A stretch of 64,000 bases of DNA, from NCBI GenBank assembly GCA_000002445.1, contig CP000066.1, positions 384,001-448,000 of the forward strand. Direction: 5' to 3'. The position numbers and the translations under genes were made by a program. The notes under the pieces were generated by a model. That model ran no database searches. It saw nothing but the letters and a program-made list of their open reading frames with translations, and was not told the origin of the DNA. This DNA comes from Trypanosoma brucei (taxonomy: Eukaryota). This document shows, piece after piece, positions 12,343 to 22,800 of the stretch (within the stretch, counting starts at the first letter, position 1; each line of letters starts with the position of its first letter).

Positions 12343-13440
12343 TTAATTTAAGAGCAGTAAAAGAAGTATTTTTAAAGGGTTAGGGTTAGGGTTCCCATTT
12401 ACTGACCAAAGTGGTCGTGTTTGTGGTTCTGCGGATGTATTAGTTCCGCTTTCATTCATTAGTGGATCTTCTAGATTATATTCAGTGTTATTACCATCAT
12501 TGTGCTTGTAATTAATATTATCATTATCATTATTATTGTTATTATCATCATTAGTGCGAATGCCTTCGTTAATCTTTCGGTCCGTTGAAGGTGCGGCATC
12601 TCCAACTCCATTTGGAACGGTTTCGACGTCGTTTTCACTCGTGCCCAAATTGGTTCGTGTATCATTCGGTATTTTCTCGGCAAGTTCTTCAAGATGCTTT
12701 AACCAGGGGATGCTATGGTTGGTGAGTGTGCCGGAAGTGATGTTATACATCAAACACACCGAATTACCCTTTCCAGTGGTTGCTGAGCATTGCTTCACTT
12801 CTGTTGCCTGATGACCCCCGAGTCGTATGTTTTGATCTGATTCCCTTCCCTTCTTTTCTGTCGCTGTTCTCAGTACTGCTTGAACTTTTTCCTTTAAGTG
12901 GTATAATTGATTTTGTATATGTTGCTCCCGTTTCGGAAGTTGGTTACAATGCAACCTTATTTTCTCCCAATGCTGCTTAGCTTGCTCTTTATTGCTCCAC
13001 ACCTCACCGCCCTTGTACCACTTGTTACCGCTAAAACACAGATCTTCTGCACCAGCCCCGTTTTGGCCCTGCCTTCTGTGGGGTTTACATAGACACAAAA
13101 TATCCTTTATTAAGCTTTTCCCCGCATATTTGTGGGCTCGATTTTGCCTGTCCCCGCAGTAATCTTTCCTGTCGTTTTCGCCTTCGAAACCAATTTCGGT
13201 GCTGCCTTTGTTGCCGTACAAAATGGTATTCACGGACTCGTTAACACTTTCAGGTTTCAATCCTCCAAGTGTTGGCTTTCCTTCACTCGCCAATTTCTGT
13301 ATTTCAAACGTCAGATTGACAAATCCACATAATGTTTTAAACTCGTTTTCATTCAATATTTGTGAACCCTTCTTTCCTGCTTTTGAACTTTCCACTGTCC
13401 CAGTCAACAATACGACAATAAATGAGAAATATATCCGCAT
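12343..13440 (-). CDS. Divergent paralog C of the same secreted/surface family (365 aa), with an Asn/Asp-rich low-complexity C-terminal extension.
   Basis: It has an N-terminal signal-like segment MRIYFSFIVVLLTGTVESS, then NENEFKTLCGFVNL, DILCLCKP and IPWLKHLEEL, which match members A and B. The C-terminal ~100 aa is N/D-rich (NDDNNNNNDNDNINYKHNDGNN) and ends NPNPNPLKILLLLLLN, encoded partly by an interstitial telomere-type repeat. The true stop may lie earlier. Confidence 0.6.
   Translation of the reverse strand: MRIYFSFIVVLLTGTVESSKAGKKGSQILNENEFKTLCGFVNLTFEIQKLASEGKPTLGGLKPESVNESVNTILYGNKGSTEIGFEGENDRKDYCGDRQNRAHKYAGKSLIKDILCLCKPHRRQGQNGAGAEDLCFSGNKWYKGGEVWSNKEQAKQHWEKIRLHCNQLPKREQHIQNQLYHLKEKVQAVLRTATEKKGRESDQNIRLGGHQATEVKQCSATTGKGNSVCLMYNITSGTLTNHSIPWLKHLEELAEKIPNDTRTNLGTSENDVETVPNGVGDAAPSTDRKINEGIRTNDDNNNNNDNDNINYKHNDGNNTEYNLEDPLMNESGTNTSAEPQTRPLWSVNGNPNPNPLKILLLLLLN
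12369..12388. repeat. Interstitial telomeric hexamer repeat, (TTAGGG)3 on the plus strand and CCCTAA on the coding strand.
   Basis: Sequence 'agggttagggttagggttccc' at 12367-12390, inside the 3' end of the paralog C ORF, where it is translated as NPNPNP. Confidence 0.8.
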
Positions 13441-14621
13441 CCTTTATTTCTTTTGTCCTTTTTCGAAAAATCAAAAGTAAAAGCACAGACACACCAATTT
13501 CATAATACAAAGAAGAAAGTAAGCCAAGTTACCGATGGTGGCCTTTATTACGGAAACTAAAGTTTCCACCAGCACCGCATGTAACTTAAGCGTAATTTTT
13601 CCATTCCCCTCACAAGGGGAATCACCAATAACCAAACACACTCATTTACGCATAATATAATCTACTTCAGCATAAATGTGCAAAAATTCAATCCGTTTAT
13701 TCACTATCATTTGCACCTCCAGCACTTCGCCTAATGGGCAAACATATTCAACAACTAATAATGGTAATGCGTTTGTAGGTGACGTTTGTAAGAGTGACAT
13801 ATTATTGTACCATAATATAAAAAAAACGTGTTTTCAAGCAGATCAAAATCTATTGTGGAGAAATCTTGTGGACAACACTTTACAAATGGGGGACAACCAA
13901 CTACTATCAAAAGAATTAAAGCCCATGGAGGATATGCTACACATAATTTCATAAGAGGTACACAACATCAAGGAGGCAAAGCGATCAAATGTATGCATCC
14001 CCGTATTGAAAAGTTAAAAAAAATTAGCGGTATCAACTACAATCGAGAATAACAAAAACAACAACAAAAACATCACATCACATCGTCCCATCATTACCTT
14101 GTTTTATTGCGTTTCCCAATTATGTTTCACATTATTCTGAAAAGAATTTGCTAAAATACCTCCCCTCCCCTCCTTGCACAAAACAGTGATGAAGTTGCGG
14201 ATGCGGATAAAAGGGAATAGTGCCCAACTTTATACACATGCAACAACATGAACATTGCAACTCGAAAACCTTGTTTCTTATCGAAGGGACATGTACATGT
14301 TTGGCATGAAACAAATCGTGAAATAGCAACTAGAAACAACCCACAATGGATAAACCTTAAAATAAAATAAGTAATGAAGTAAAAGCAATAAAGAGAAGTG
14401 GTGTCACCAAATGTAAAGGGAGGGGGGGACAGACTCTCCTTTTTTGATACTGATGTATCTGTTTCATCTTCTCATTTGCTTACTGTAAGGATTATTCTTT
14501 TCATGAGGTTGGTCTTACTCCCAAACGTGTGCCTAACTAGGTTGCCGAGCTAACTTCCTTTATTGCTTGTTCCGCTTTTCAATCCACAATTTCCTCTTCA
14601 GCTGCCAGCTCACTTGATGTT

Positions 14622-14981
14622 TTATTGCGATTCCCGTTCCTCCGCATTCTTAATGCTTCTTTCCTTTTCTTCAGTCCAACCATTTGCTTCTATCATTTGT
14701 TGCGACAGACAACTACACGGGTATGTGGTAAAATCACGCGGGGATTGTTTGGCACATTCCTCTAAAGCAGTCCACATGCTTTTTGACACGTTGTTGACAC
14801 AACACCAAGTGTTTTTATCCCGTACCTTCTCAGCACAGCACATCAAATCGTCCCGCCACCGTGGGAGTAATTGCTCACATGTGGGTACTCGAAAATCATC
14901 ATCATCATCATCATTATCATCTTCATCACTTTTGGATGCCGCAACAATCGCAAACACTAGCACAAAAACCGTCTTTTTCAT
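14622..14981 (-). CDS. Small secreted acidic Cys-rich protein (~119 aa from an internal Met; the full ORF is 14622..15161).
   Basis: The ORF contains MKKTVFVLVFAIVAASKS, a signal-peptide-like segment, followed by an acidic run SDEDDNDDDDDD and 10 Cys. The upstream part of the 179-aa ORF is a Pro-rich, unlikely leader. No homolog recognised. Confidence 0.35.
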   Translation of the reverse strand: MKKTVFVLVFAIVAASKSDEDDNDDDDDDFRVPTCEQLLPRWRDDLMCCAEKVRDKNTWCCVNNVSKSMWTALEECAKQSPRDFTTYPCSCLSQQMIEANGWTEEKERSIKNAEERESQ

Positions 14982-15957
14982 TACATGGCCAATTATATAA
15001 CTCATTTTGCCTACACACTGAGATGCACTTTCAAAAAGACGAAGGCTTGTGATTGGAGGAGGAGGAGGAGAAGACTCAAAAATTAAAGAGAGAAAATATG
15101 CAAAGAAGACCATCCGGTGGTAACTCAACATGGATTTTTTCCGGCATATTATGTGCGGCAACTCTCCCTCTCTCTCTCTCTGTCATATATATATAAATCC
15201 ACGGAGTTCCCTTCAAGCCAACAAACTTGCCAAATGGAAGGTTGCCATCAAAGTGAAGAGATGAGTGAGTATCAAAAAAGAAAAAAGAAAATACAACTTG
15301 AAAGGAAGCAAACGCTCCTCTTGAAGGGAAAATCGGGGAAGATAAAAAAGAACTCACAGGAACCAACAGGTAACTCTCGGACTCCGAATACATTTAAGTA
15401 GAATTAATAACCATCGTAAAGTGTGACCGCGAGAAAATCAGCGCATAACAAATATTACTTGTGCTCAACGGAAAATATTCTTTCGGCATAACAGTTCGCT
15501 AGTATTTTAAAGCGAAGATGGAGGAGGTAAAAGAAAATTGTTCGATCAATGTATTTCGTGTTATTGTCGTGACTCGAACGAATCTTCGTCTTGGATGCAG
15601 CAAAGTGTTAGCTTCAACAGACCCAAAACCAACTAACTCACATGCGCCGAGGTGAAAGTCGTATGAGTGTGAACCGACAACGGTGGAATACAATTAAAAA
15701 AAAAGTGGATTTGCAACTGCCTTAACAACAACAAAAAAAAGATGTTTTGTAAACAAAATACCTGAGGCAGTTAACCCTCTTATGGGCCGTCAATTAAATA
15801 CCTACTTTCAACTACCACTTTTTAATTACAACAAAGCAAATTCGCCCAAACTAAATATTAGTAATGCACGAATATTCCAGAACGGAATCCGTTTCCTCCA
15901 CCCCCCCCCCTGGCTGTGGAAACTTCTCTCGCACTTAAAAACTTTTGCACTACTTGT

Positions 15958-17247
15958 TCACTCATATGGAGCAATCGGATCATTTTTGAGACCCCGCTGC
16001 GCTCTACGGAAGAGCGGCGTTAAGCAAATGCCCGCCCACACAACAAAAACAGCGCAGATTGTCCAAAATGGTATGAGTGTGCTGCCCTCGCCAGTCATAA
16101 ACGGAACTTTTAAGTTCATACCGAACAAAGATACGACAAGGTTGATGGGAAGAGAAACAGCAGCAACACTGTTCAGAATATTCATCTTGAAGTCGAGTCC
16201 TGCGGACGCCTGCGACATGCGCATAGAAACACCCGTAATGAAGTTCAGGTTTGCATGATTTAACATATCACGAGCATCATCCAGCTTCTCTGAAACCTTT
16301 TGGACTCTTGCCAGTATTTCCTTGTAGGCCACAGCACTCGGGTGACTCTTAGAAACGAACGTTAAACGCATTGCTGGTGAAATAAGCTGGTGAATCAGTT
16401 TTTCCTTCAGGAACAATGCTGTTCGAAAACTAGAAATACGGCGCCGTAACAACGCTACACGACGGAGGAGGTCTGTCTGATCCTGCTCACCAGGCGAAAT
16501 CAGAAAGACCATTTCATTAATATCACCAACCTCACTCAGCAGCGAGGCAGGTGCTGGAAAGGAGGCCTCACAAGTGAAACACACGAGAGTACATAGGGCA
16601 TCTGTTCCCATAGCAACAGGAACAAAAGAAGAACGATGTGACGAAGGATCCTTCACAATGCCAACAACCGAATCCTCGCATTCACGGCTATGTCTCTCCG
16701 CTTCACTTCCATTACATTTGAGAACATGACGAAATAACTCCGCGAGACCGGCAAACGGTGCTGTATGCAGCGTCAGTAGTACACGCTCACTACACACAAA
16801 CGAGCACAAAACCCCTTCCTCGCAACCTAACTCAGTGCGCGACATAGCGGTTGCAGCAGGAAACGGTCCGCCGTGGCTCGGGGAACACGAAAGGCAGCCA
16901 ACAACATACTCACCTTCCGTAGGTTGCAACTCCACCACGTCGTACATATCATTTGCAAGCACAGCCTCCACGTGACTCGGCTGCATGTTTGGGTAAAGCA
17001 GCTGTAAAACTTGCCGATGCTCTTCTTCACTGCACTTCTGCATGTCCACCCATAAACCACACAGTGCAATTCCCGGTAAGTTGTTGCGTAAGAAAACTAG
17101 TGCATCTGCAGCAGATTCCAAAGCACATGTTTGTAGTGACATGCGCCCTGCAGTCTGCCATGTAACGACACAAAGGCACCCGTCACGTCCCACTGGTGTG
17201 GTTACGGGAGGTGAAGCCTCTCCTTTAGTGGCACACGGCATTGCCAC
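15958..17247 (-). CDS. CorA/MRS2/ALR-family Mg2+ transporter-like protein (429 aa).
   Basis: The C-terminus carries the signature FGMNLKVPF (GMN motif) immediately before two predicted TM helices (LIPFWTICAVFVVWAGICLTPLF), preceded by a long soluble N-terminal domain. This is the canonical CorA architecture. Confidence 0.65.
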   Translation of the reverse strand: MAMPCATKGEASPPVTTPVGRDGCLCVVTWQTAGRMSLQTCALESAADALVFLRNNLPGIALCGLWVDMQKCSEEEHRQVLQLLYPNMQPSHVEAVLANDMYDVVELQPTEGEYVVGCLSCSPSHGGPFPAATAMSRTELGCEEGVLCSFVCSERVLLTLHTAPFAGLAELFRHVLKCNGSEAERHSRECEDSVVGIVKDPSSHRSSFVPVAMGTDALCTLVCFTCEASFPAPASLLSEVGDINEMVFLISPGEQDQTDLLRRVALLRRRISSFRTALFLKEKLIHQLISPAMRLTFVSKSHPSAVAYKEILARVQKVSEKLDDARDMLNHANLNFITGVSMRMSQASAGLDFKMNILNSVAAVSLPINLVVSLFGMNLKVPFMTGEGSTLIPFWTICAVFVVWAGICLTPLFRRAQRGLKNDPIAPYE

Positions 17248-17505
17248 AACGTATGAATCTGCACGTACCTAATCAGTGTCTTCGTACTTGTGGTAAGTTT
17301 CACACCTTCAGTACCACTTGTTGTGTTTGAAGAAAGTAAATGGCTTACGATTACTTACTTAAACACTTCCAACTCACAGAGAAATTAGGAAAAGGTGGGC
17401 GGGACACACATACGCTGGCGCTTGACGCAATGGAAACATTGGCCGCTACAAGCGTCGCGATACATCACATGCAATCAATCGCCCAAAAGAAGAAATGATG
17501 GAAAG

Positions 17506-17506
<1 letters not shown>

Positions 17507-17534
<28 letters not shown>
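17507..17534. repeat. (CA)14 microsatellite.
   Basis: Direct read: 'cacacacacacacacacacacacacaca'. Confidence 0.95.
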
Positions 17535-17536
<2 letters not shown>

Positions 17537-17722
17537 CGCACACAAGAACTCATTGAGGAAGTGATTGACTGACATAATTGTGAAAGGGGCAAATGATACA
17601 ATTAAGAGTGCCCGTTGCAGGGACAACTTCGTCACCTCCCAACAGTTTACATGATGGCATCTCCACATGGTAACCGAAGGCAGCGAGGCGGGACACGTGT
17701 TGTAACCCTCTCACATTTACAT

Positions 17723-18631
17723 TTATGTTGACCTTCTAGCAACTGTTGAAGTAATGATGTACCAACCGGCGATACCCCCGCAATAGGCACCGCCGTACAC
17801 CAAACGTTTAAGCCATGTTTTCTCTTGGAGAAAGTCAAAAGTTGGAGGCCCAATAAAGTTGCAGAGTGCATGAGTGACTATAGTGGAAGGTAAGTTCCTC
17901 TTTCCAACAACAACATAGCAATACCCGGTGAGCAAACCACAGGCAAATGTGCAGAGGTACAAACCAGGAAGTTTTTTTGCTGCACGTCTCCAGCACACTA
18001 GTTGTTTCCCGGGTTGAAGCTCATTATTTCCCATTATATAACGATATTCCCAAGCCACAGAGGGAAAGATATGGTGCGTGTGTGATATAGCAAACAGTAC
18101 TGACGATATGACTATAGATGACGTCACGGACCGTCGCTGAAGTAATATTTGAAGAAGCAGTGCGCGGAAAAAAATTTCTTCACCTGTTGGACAAATCACA
18201 TTGTCTCGAAGAAAAATTTCATCCGCGTCCTGTTGAAATAGAGCGATTCCCTTCTCTAACAGGGCTCCACTGAAGAGCGCGAGCGTGGCCAAGGCGGTGG
18301 ATACAGTAACGTGAAGGGCTCGCAACACATTGCCCTCTTGACAAAACAGAAAGTGGATTACAGCACTGGGACCAACAGATGTTTTATCGCGTGCTTCCTT
18401 GAAGAGAAGATACTCCAACACCAGCCAACTAACAGCAGTGGATCCAACAAAAGAAATAAGTCGCCTTCGAAATGTTGAGGGATCATTTCGGTCCAAATGT
18501 TCCGGCCCGCACTCCCATGCCTTTTCGATATCTTTCATGCAGAGAAGGGCAAAAGTCCGCTCCTTCCGCCATAAAAAGATGGTCCCAACAAACCCACCAC
18601 AAAGAAGAGTGCAGATGCCGACATCACTCAT
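17723..18631 (-). CDS. RCE1: CAAX prenyl protease 2 (Rce1-type, CPBP/Abi family) homolog (302 aa).
   Basis: Three CPBP catalytic motifs are present in order: EExxxR (GEEIFFRAL), FxxxH (FAISHTHH) and HxxxN (THALCNF). The protein is multi-pass hydrophobic. Confidence 0.65.
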   Translation of the reverse strand: MSDVGICTLLCGGFVGTIFLWRKERTFALLCMKDIEKAWECGPEHLDRNDPSTFRRRLISFVGSTAVSWLVLEYLLFKEARDKTSVGPSAVIHFLFCQEGNVLRALHVTVSTALATLALFSGALLEKGIALFQQDADEIFLRDNVICPTGEEIFFRALLLQILLQRRSVTSSIVISSVLFAISHTHHIFPSVAWEYRYIMGNNELQPGKQLVCWRRAAKKLPGLYLCTFACGLLTGYCYVVVGKRNLPSTIVTHALCNFIGPPTFDFLQEKTWLKRLVYGGAYCGGIAGWYIITSTVARRST

Positions 18632-19845
18632 CTATTGAAAACGTCCCCACAATGCCAACGTGCACAATTTCTTTTTTTTTTCAAAAAAAGAAAGAAAGGT
18701 ATGAATAACTCCGCTGAAGGGAATAATGGTTATCACATAGGAATTCAGGCGACCAGAAGCAAACTGAGTTGCGATGAAAAGAAGCGTACCTAAAAGGGGG
18801 AAAAACGGCACCCAAGAAAAATCCGCCCCGTACACGAAAGGAACTAATGGAAACCTCATGAGTGAGTGGTGTTCATTTAAAACTTCCTTCAGGGACGGTC
18901 ACATCACTCAGATGGAAGAAGACACAAGTTGGATAAAAACCCGCTTAGCGGCCATGCGAACAAATGACATCAGCACCTGCCGCTTTGTTGCACACGATTC
19001 ATACGTGCATCTTTAGTAGCGAGCTAACGAAAGAAATAGAAAGTCTGATATTAGTCGGAAATCATGCATCAAACACAGAAATTTTGGCTTCCCATCCATC
19101 CCATTTGTGTGTGTAGAGCCGCAATCGTTGCGCCACAGTTTATGCGGTGGGAAGGGGGAAATGGTTCTTTATTTTTTTTTAAAAAAGTAAAAAGTTATTT
19201 CTTGTGTCTCAGGCATCACGCGACAGAAATTCATCATTCGTGATGATGCAACAAAAAATTTTATGCACTGTTAACTTCACACTTGTCATCGTAGGCTTTA
19301 TAATGCACATCACAGTTCTCTACAGAAATACTTTGCTATTTGTTGTGGTACCAAGGTTAAAAAAAAAAAGAATGAAGCACCAGTTTAGTAGTCAGTGCTG
19401 AAGCTAATAGCAGACACGGAGGGGGGAAAAAAAAGGAAAATGCCACACGACTTGCGGTACACATACACGAGTAAACGCACACAATTATATTTGCAGGTAA
19501 AATAAAAGCGTACGTGAGGGGAGCGTTGCCGGTCGCAGATATGATTAATGAAGAAGCAACACACCTTTTTATCACTAATGTCAGAACGACTAGATATGTG
19601 CGGCGTTATGTGTATATAATGGCAACCATAATAAAAAGTAACGAATCGCAATATTAAACTACACAGAAGATATTCACAGTTCCACTTCGAACTGCTGCCC
19701 GGTGTGTCGGCAGTCAGGGAATTTTTTTTTTTTTTTATAGAAAAAAAAAGAAAACCAAATAAAAATAAATGCATTCCCACATCATCCTATTTGAACAAAT
19801 CAAGACAAAAAAAGAAAAAGAAAAAGAAAAAAGAAAAGAAAAACA

Positions 19846-22800
19846 CTAAAGTACTTCCTCGGCCAGCGTTAGTGCAACGCGGAAAGTCCCTCCCTCGTCT
19901 GTTTCTGCGATCATTTGCTGAAAACACGGTGTTGTATTTAATGGGCGCTCTGCCATACACGTGGCGCGGAGGTATGTCGAAATGGGCGAGCGCTCATCTT
20001 CTGAAAAACGCTCAAAGACACGACACCGATGCCATACATCCCATCGGAGCGAGCCGGTACGCAAGCGAAGAGAAGTTAACGCACTGTCGCTGTTTTTTGG
20101 TACCTGTGGTGATGAGAGCGCTGCAATAAATTCCCTTAAAGCCTCATGATCAGCCTCTTCCGTGACAGCTCCTCTCGTCACTGGAGATGTTAACATCTGA
20201 CAATTGACGTCAAGCGTACAAAGCGTTCGCTCGATGGCTATGGCCACGCATACGCTAGTCTCAATCTCCTCAACTCGGCGTATTGCTGTGCTGTATGTCG
20301 TTCGAAGAGTCTCAACATTAGAAAATAGCGGGTCGCTGTAAAACAAGTCCTTTATGCTGCTCGTAACTTCCTCCGATTTCTGCATAACATAAGCCGCAAT
20401 CGCTTCGTTGGTTTCAACGTGGCGATGGGAAAGTAAAGGATGGAGGGCGTTACTGAAATTGGCTTGCACTGTCTCCAAGAGGAGCATATCTAGTTGTAAC
20501 TCGCTTTCCATCCAGTTCACGACATCATGTGCCTGCTCTTCCGGCACAAACAACTGCTCAATAATCTCCTCTGGGGAACGGGGGGCGGCCTGCTCCCACA
20601 ATAGCCACCATGTATTGTCCTCACGGCGTTGCATCCGTTCAGAGAGATAAGCACTGTCATTTATATCAACCTCAAAGTCGGGTTTAGTTGGACCACCAGT
20701 TTCAGTGGTTCCAGTGGCGGGTGAATGTGGCGGAGAAACAAAGTCACGCGGGCTGTACCAATGAACAAAATCAGCAAAGCGGACCACCCGTCCCTCATGG
20801 GATCGATTTACATAAAGAAATAAACACATGTCGTTGAACAGCCCCTCGTTAAGTACCAAACTGGGACTGTGCTGAGAAGAGGAGGCAGAGTGCGAGTGTG
20901 GATCACGTTCCTCCTGACTCTTTGCGAGTAGGATATCAGTTGTATAGGGAGGAACAGGAAGGGGTTGCGGTTCCACAAGCACCTCACCATTTGTAATAAG
21001 TCTTTTGACCCTTTTTGTACAACGTCCATAAAATTCACTATCATTTGAGCGGTGGATCACGTCTTCCACACCATCTTGCGACCCATCCAATTTTGGTGAA
21101 CCTTGTTCATTTGCGGAACCCCATTCGTCCTGTGCGGGCTGATCAGCAGGCACAGTTGCGTTTTTCTCTAGCATCCGCCTGGAACATATGACAAGCAACT
21201 GCATCTTTTGTATGATCAAAGGCATTCCGTGATTAATTTCATCCACAGCTGGTATGCCAATGGTGGCAATTAGTTTCTGCAGTGACCCCTTCCTGTCCTC
21301 GCTGTCGTCAAGAAGGGCTTTTAGACGCTGCACAATAACTTTCCACAAGGCACGCACACCATCAATATCGTGTACATCACGTGCGCAGGCACATGCAAAG
21401 CGACATAATAATGAACCGGGGTAGTAGACATTGCGGACATCCGATTTGAATTCTCCCTTACATGCAGGAAACATTGCCAGCGGACTGACGGGTGAGTTAC
21501 GGTCCTTCCACATACCTCCGCAGCGGTCCATGATATCATCCGCCAAACCAATTATATCGTCCGTAATATTTGGAGAGTTTTCCGATCCACTACCCTGAGA
21601 AATGTATTGCATTACTGTTTCATAGTACTTTGAGAGATACTTACAAGATGCGTGATTCAAGTCGGATTCATCTTTGGGAATTGCTACGGCTGTAATATTT
21701 AACTTGTCTTCCAACATATATTTGGCTTCAGGTGTGAATGGGTTCAAGTTGGAGGCGCGCGCTCCGTCGTCCCGCGCTTCCGTATCCCGCAGCTGATTCC
21801 ACTGAAACGTGAAATAAATTCCACGTAATGGTGCGGTCCCTGTGCCAAAAGGGAAAGTCGTTCGCATAGTGGACGGGAGAATATTATCGTTTTCATTGTC
21901 CAGTGCAGCACCCCACGACAACGCAAGCTCACCATGACGTATGTCACTGGACGTGATCCGGGGTAGTGCGGGATTCATGGAAAAGCGGCGAGGCGGCATC
22001 AACTTAAACTTACGTTGAAGCGACACACAAATGCCTTCAAATGTATCCCTTCGCACACGGCTTTGTTTCCCAAGGTGTAGTTGGAAAACATCAAGGCAAT
22101 CAATTACTCTCCTACAGCAATCGGGAGTGCTCGGGTACGCGGTGCAACAAAAGCGACACTTCACCACCAGATGAACAAAAAGTTGGTGCAATGTGGCATG
22201 TGTGGTATCCAACGCAGCGCCTCCGTTGCTAGTGAACGCATCCACCAATGCAGGCGGTGCCACTCCCATAAATGTCAGTTGCGACGGATCACCGACAGCA
22301 ACAAAGCAAGGTACTGTTCCATTTGCATAATAAAAAGGCGATGTGAGACTCAGTGGGTCACGCTCAAAGTAAAGTGAAAATGAGACACGCATAGCGCGAC
22401 TCACAGCGCAGACAAGGAGAGAAAGGTAAAAGGACGATTCGCTGTAACTGTGATGTAAAGATGTGGCCGTATTCCGCACTAAAAAAAACACAGGAACTGC
22501 AAATAGGCGAACGATCGGGTGTTGTTGTTGTTGTTGCTGCTCAAAATTATGGACGTGAATTTCAACCATAATCTCCTCCCCATCATTGTCACTCCAAGCT
22601 TCACGAGCACTCCTGCGGTTGATGGTGAAGCGCCGACCCAACACCATCTCCCTGTTGTCATCATCATTATCAGTTCCACGTGTGCATCTGGTCTTCCCTT
22701 CACCCACCGCATTCGTAGTCAAGGCAAACCGTTGCAATTCGGGATGCGTGCGGAATTCCATTATAATGTACTGTTCCATCTCTTTAACAACTTCCTCAAA

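Noticed and set aside
12369-12388. Possibility that the TTAGGG run marks a true chromosome end or a contig misjoin.
   Set aside because: Only three hexamers are present, flanked on both sides by unique sequence that continues an ORF and a gene array. That is not the tens to hundreds of repeats expected at a telomere.
18399-18708. Plus-strand ORFs (79 and 78 aa) overlapping the Rce1 gene start region.
   Set aside because: They are antisense to a well-supported minus-strand CDS, with basic/low-complexity composition. They are likely chance ORFs.
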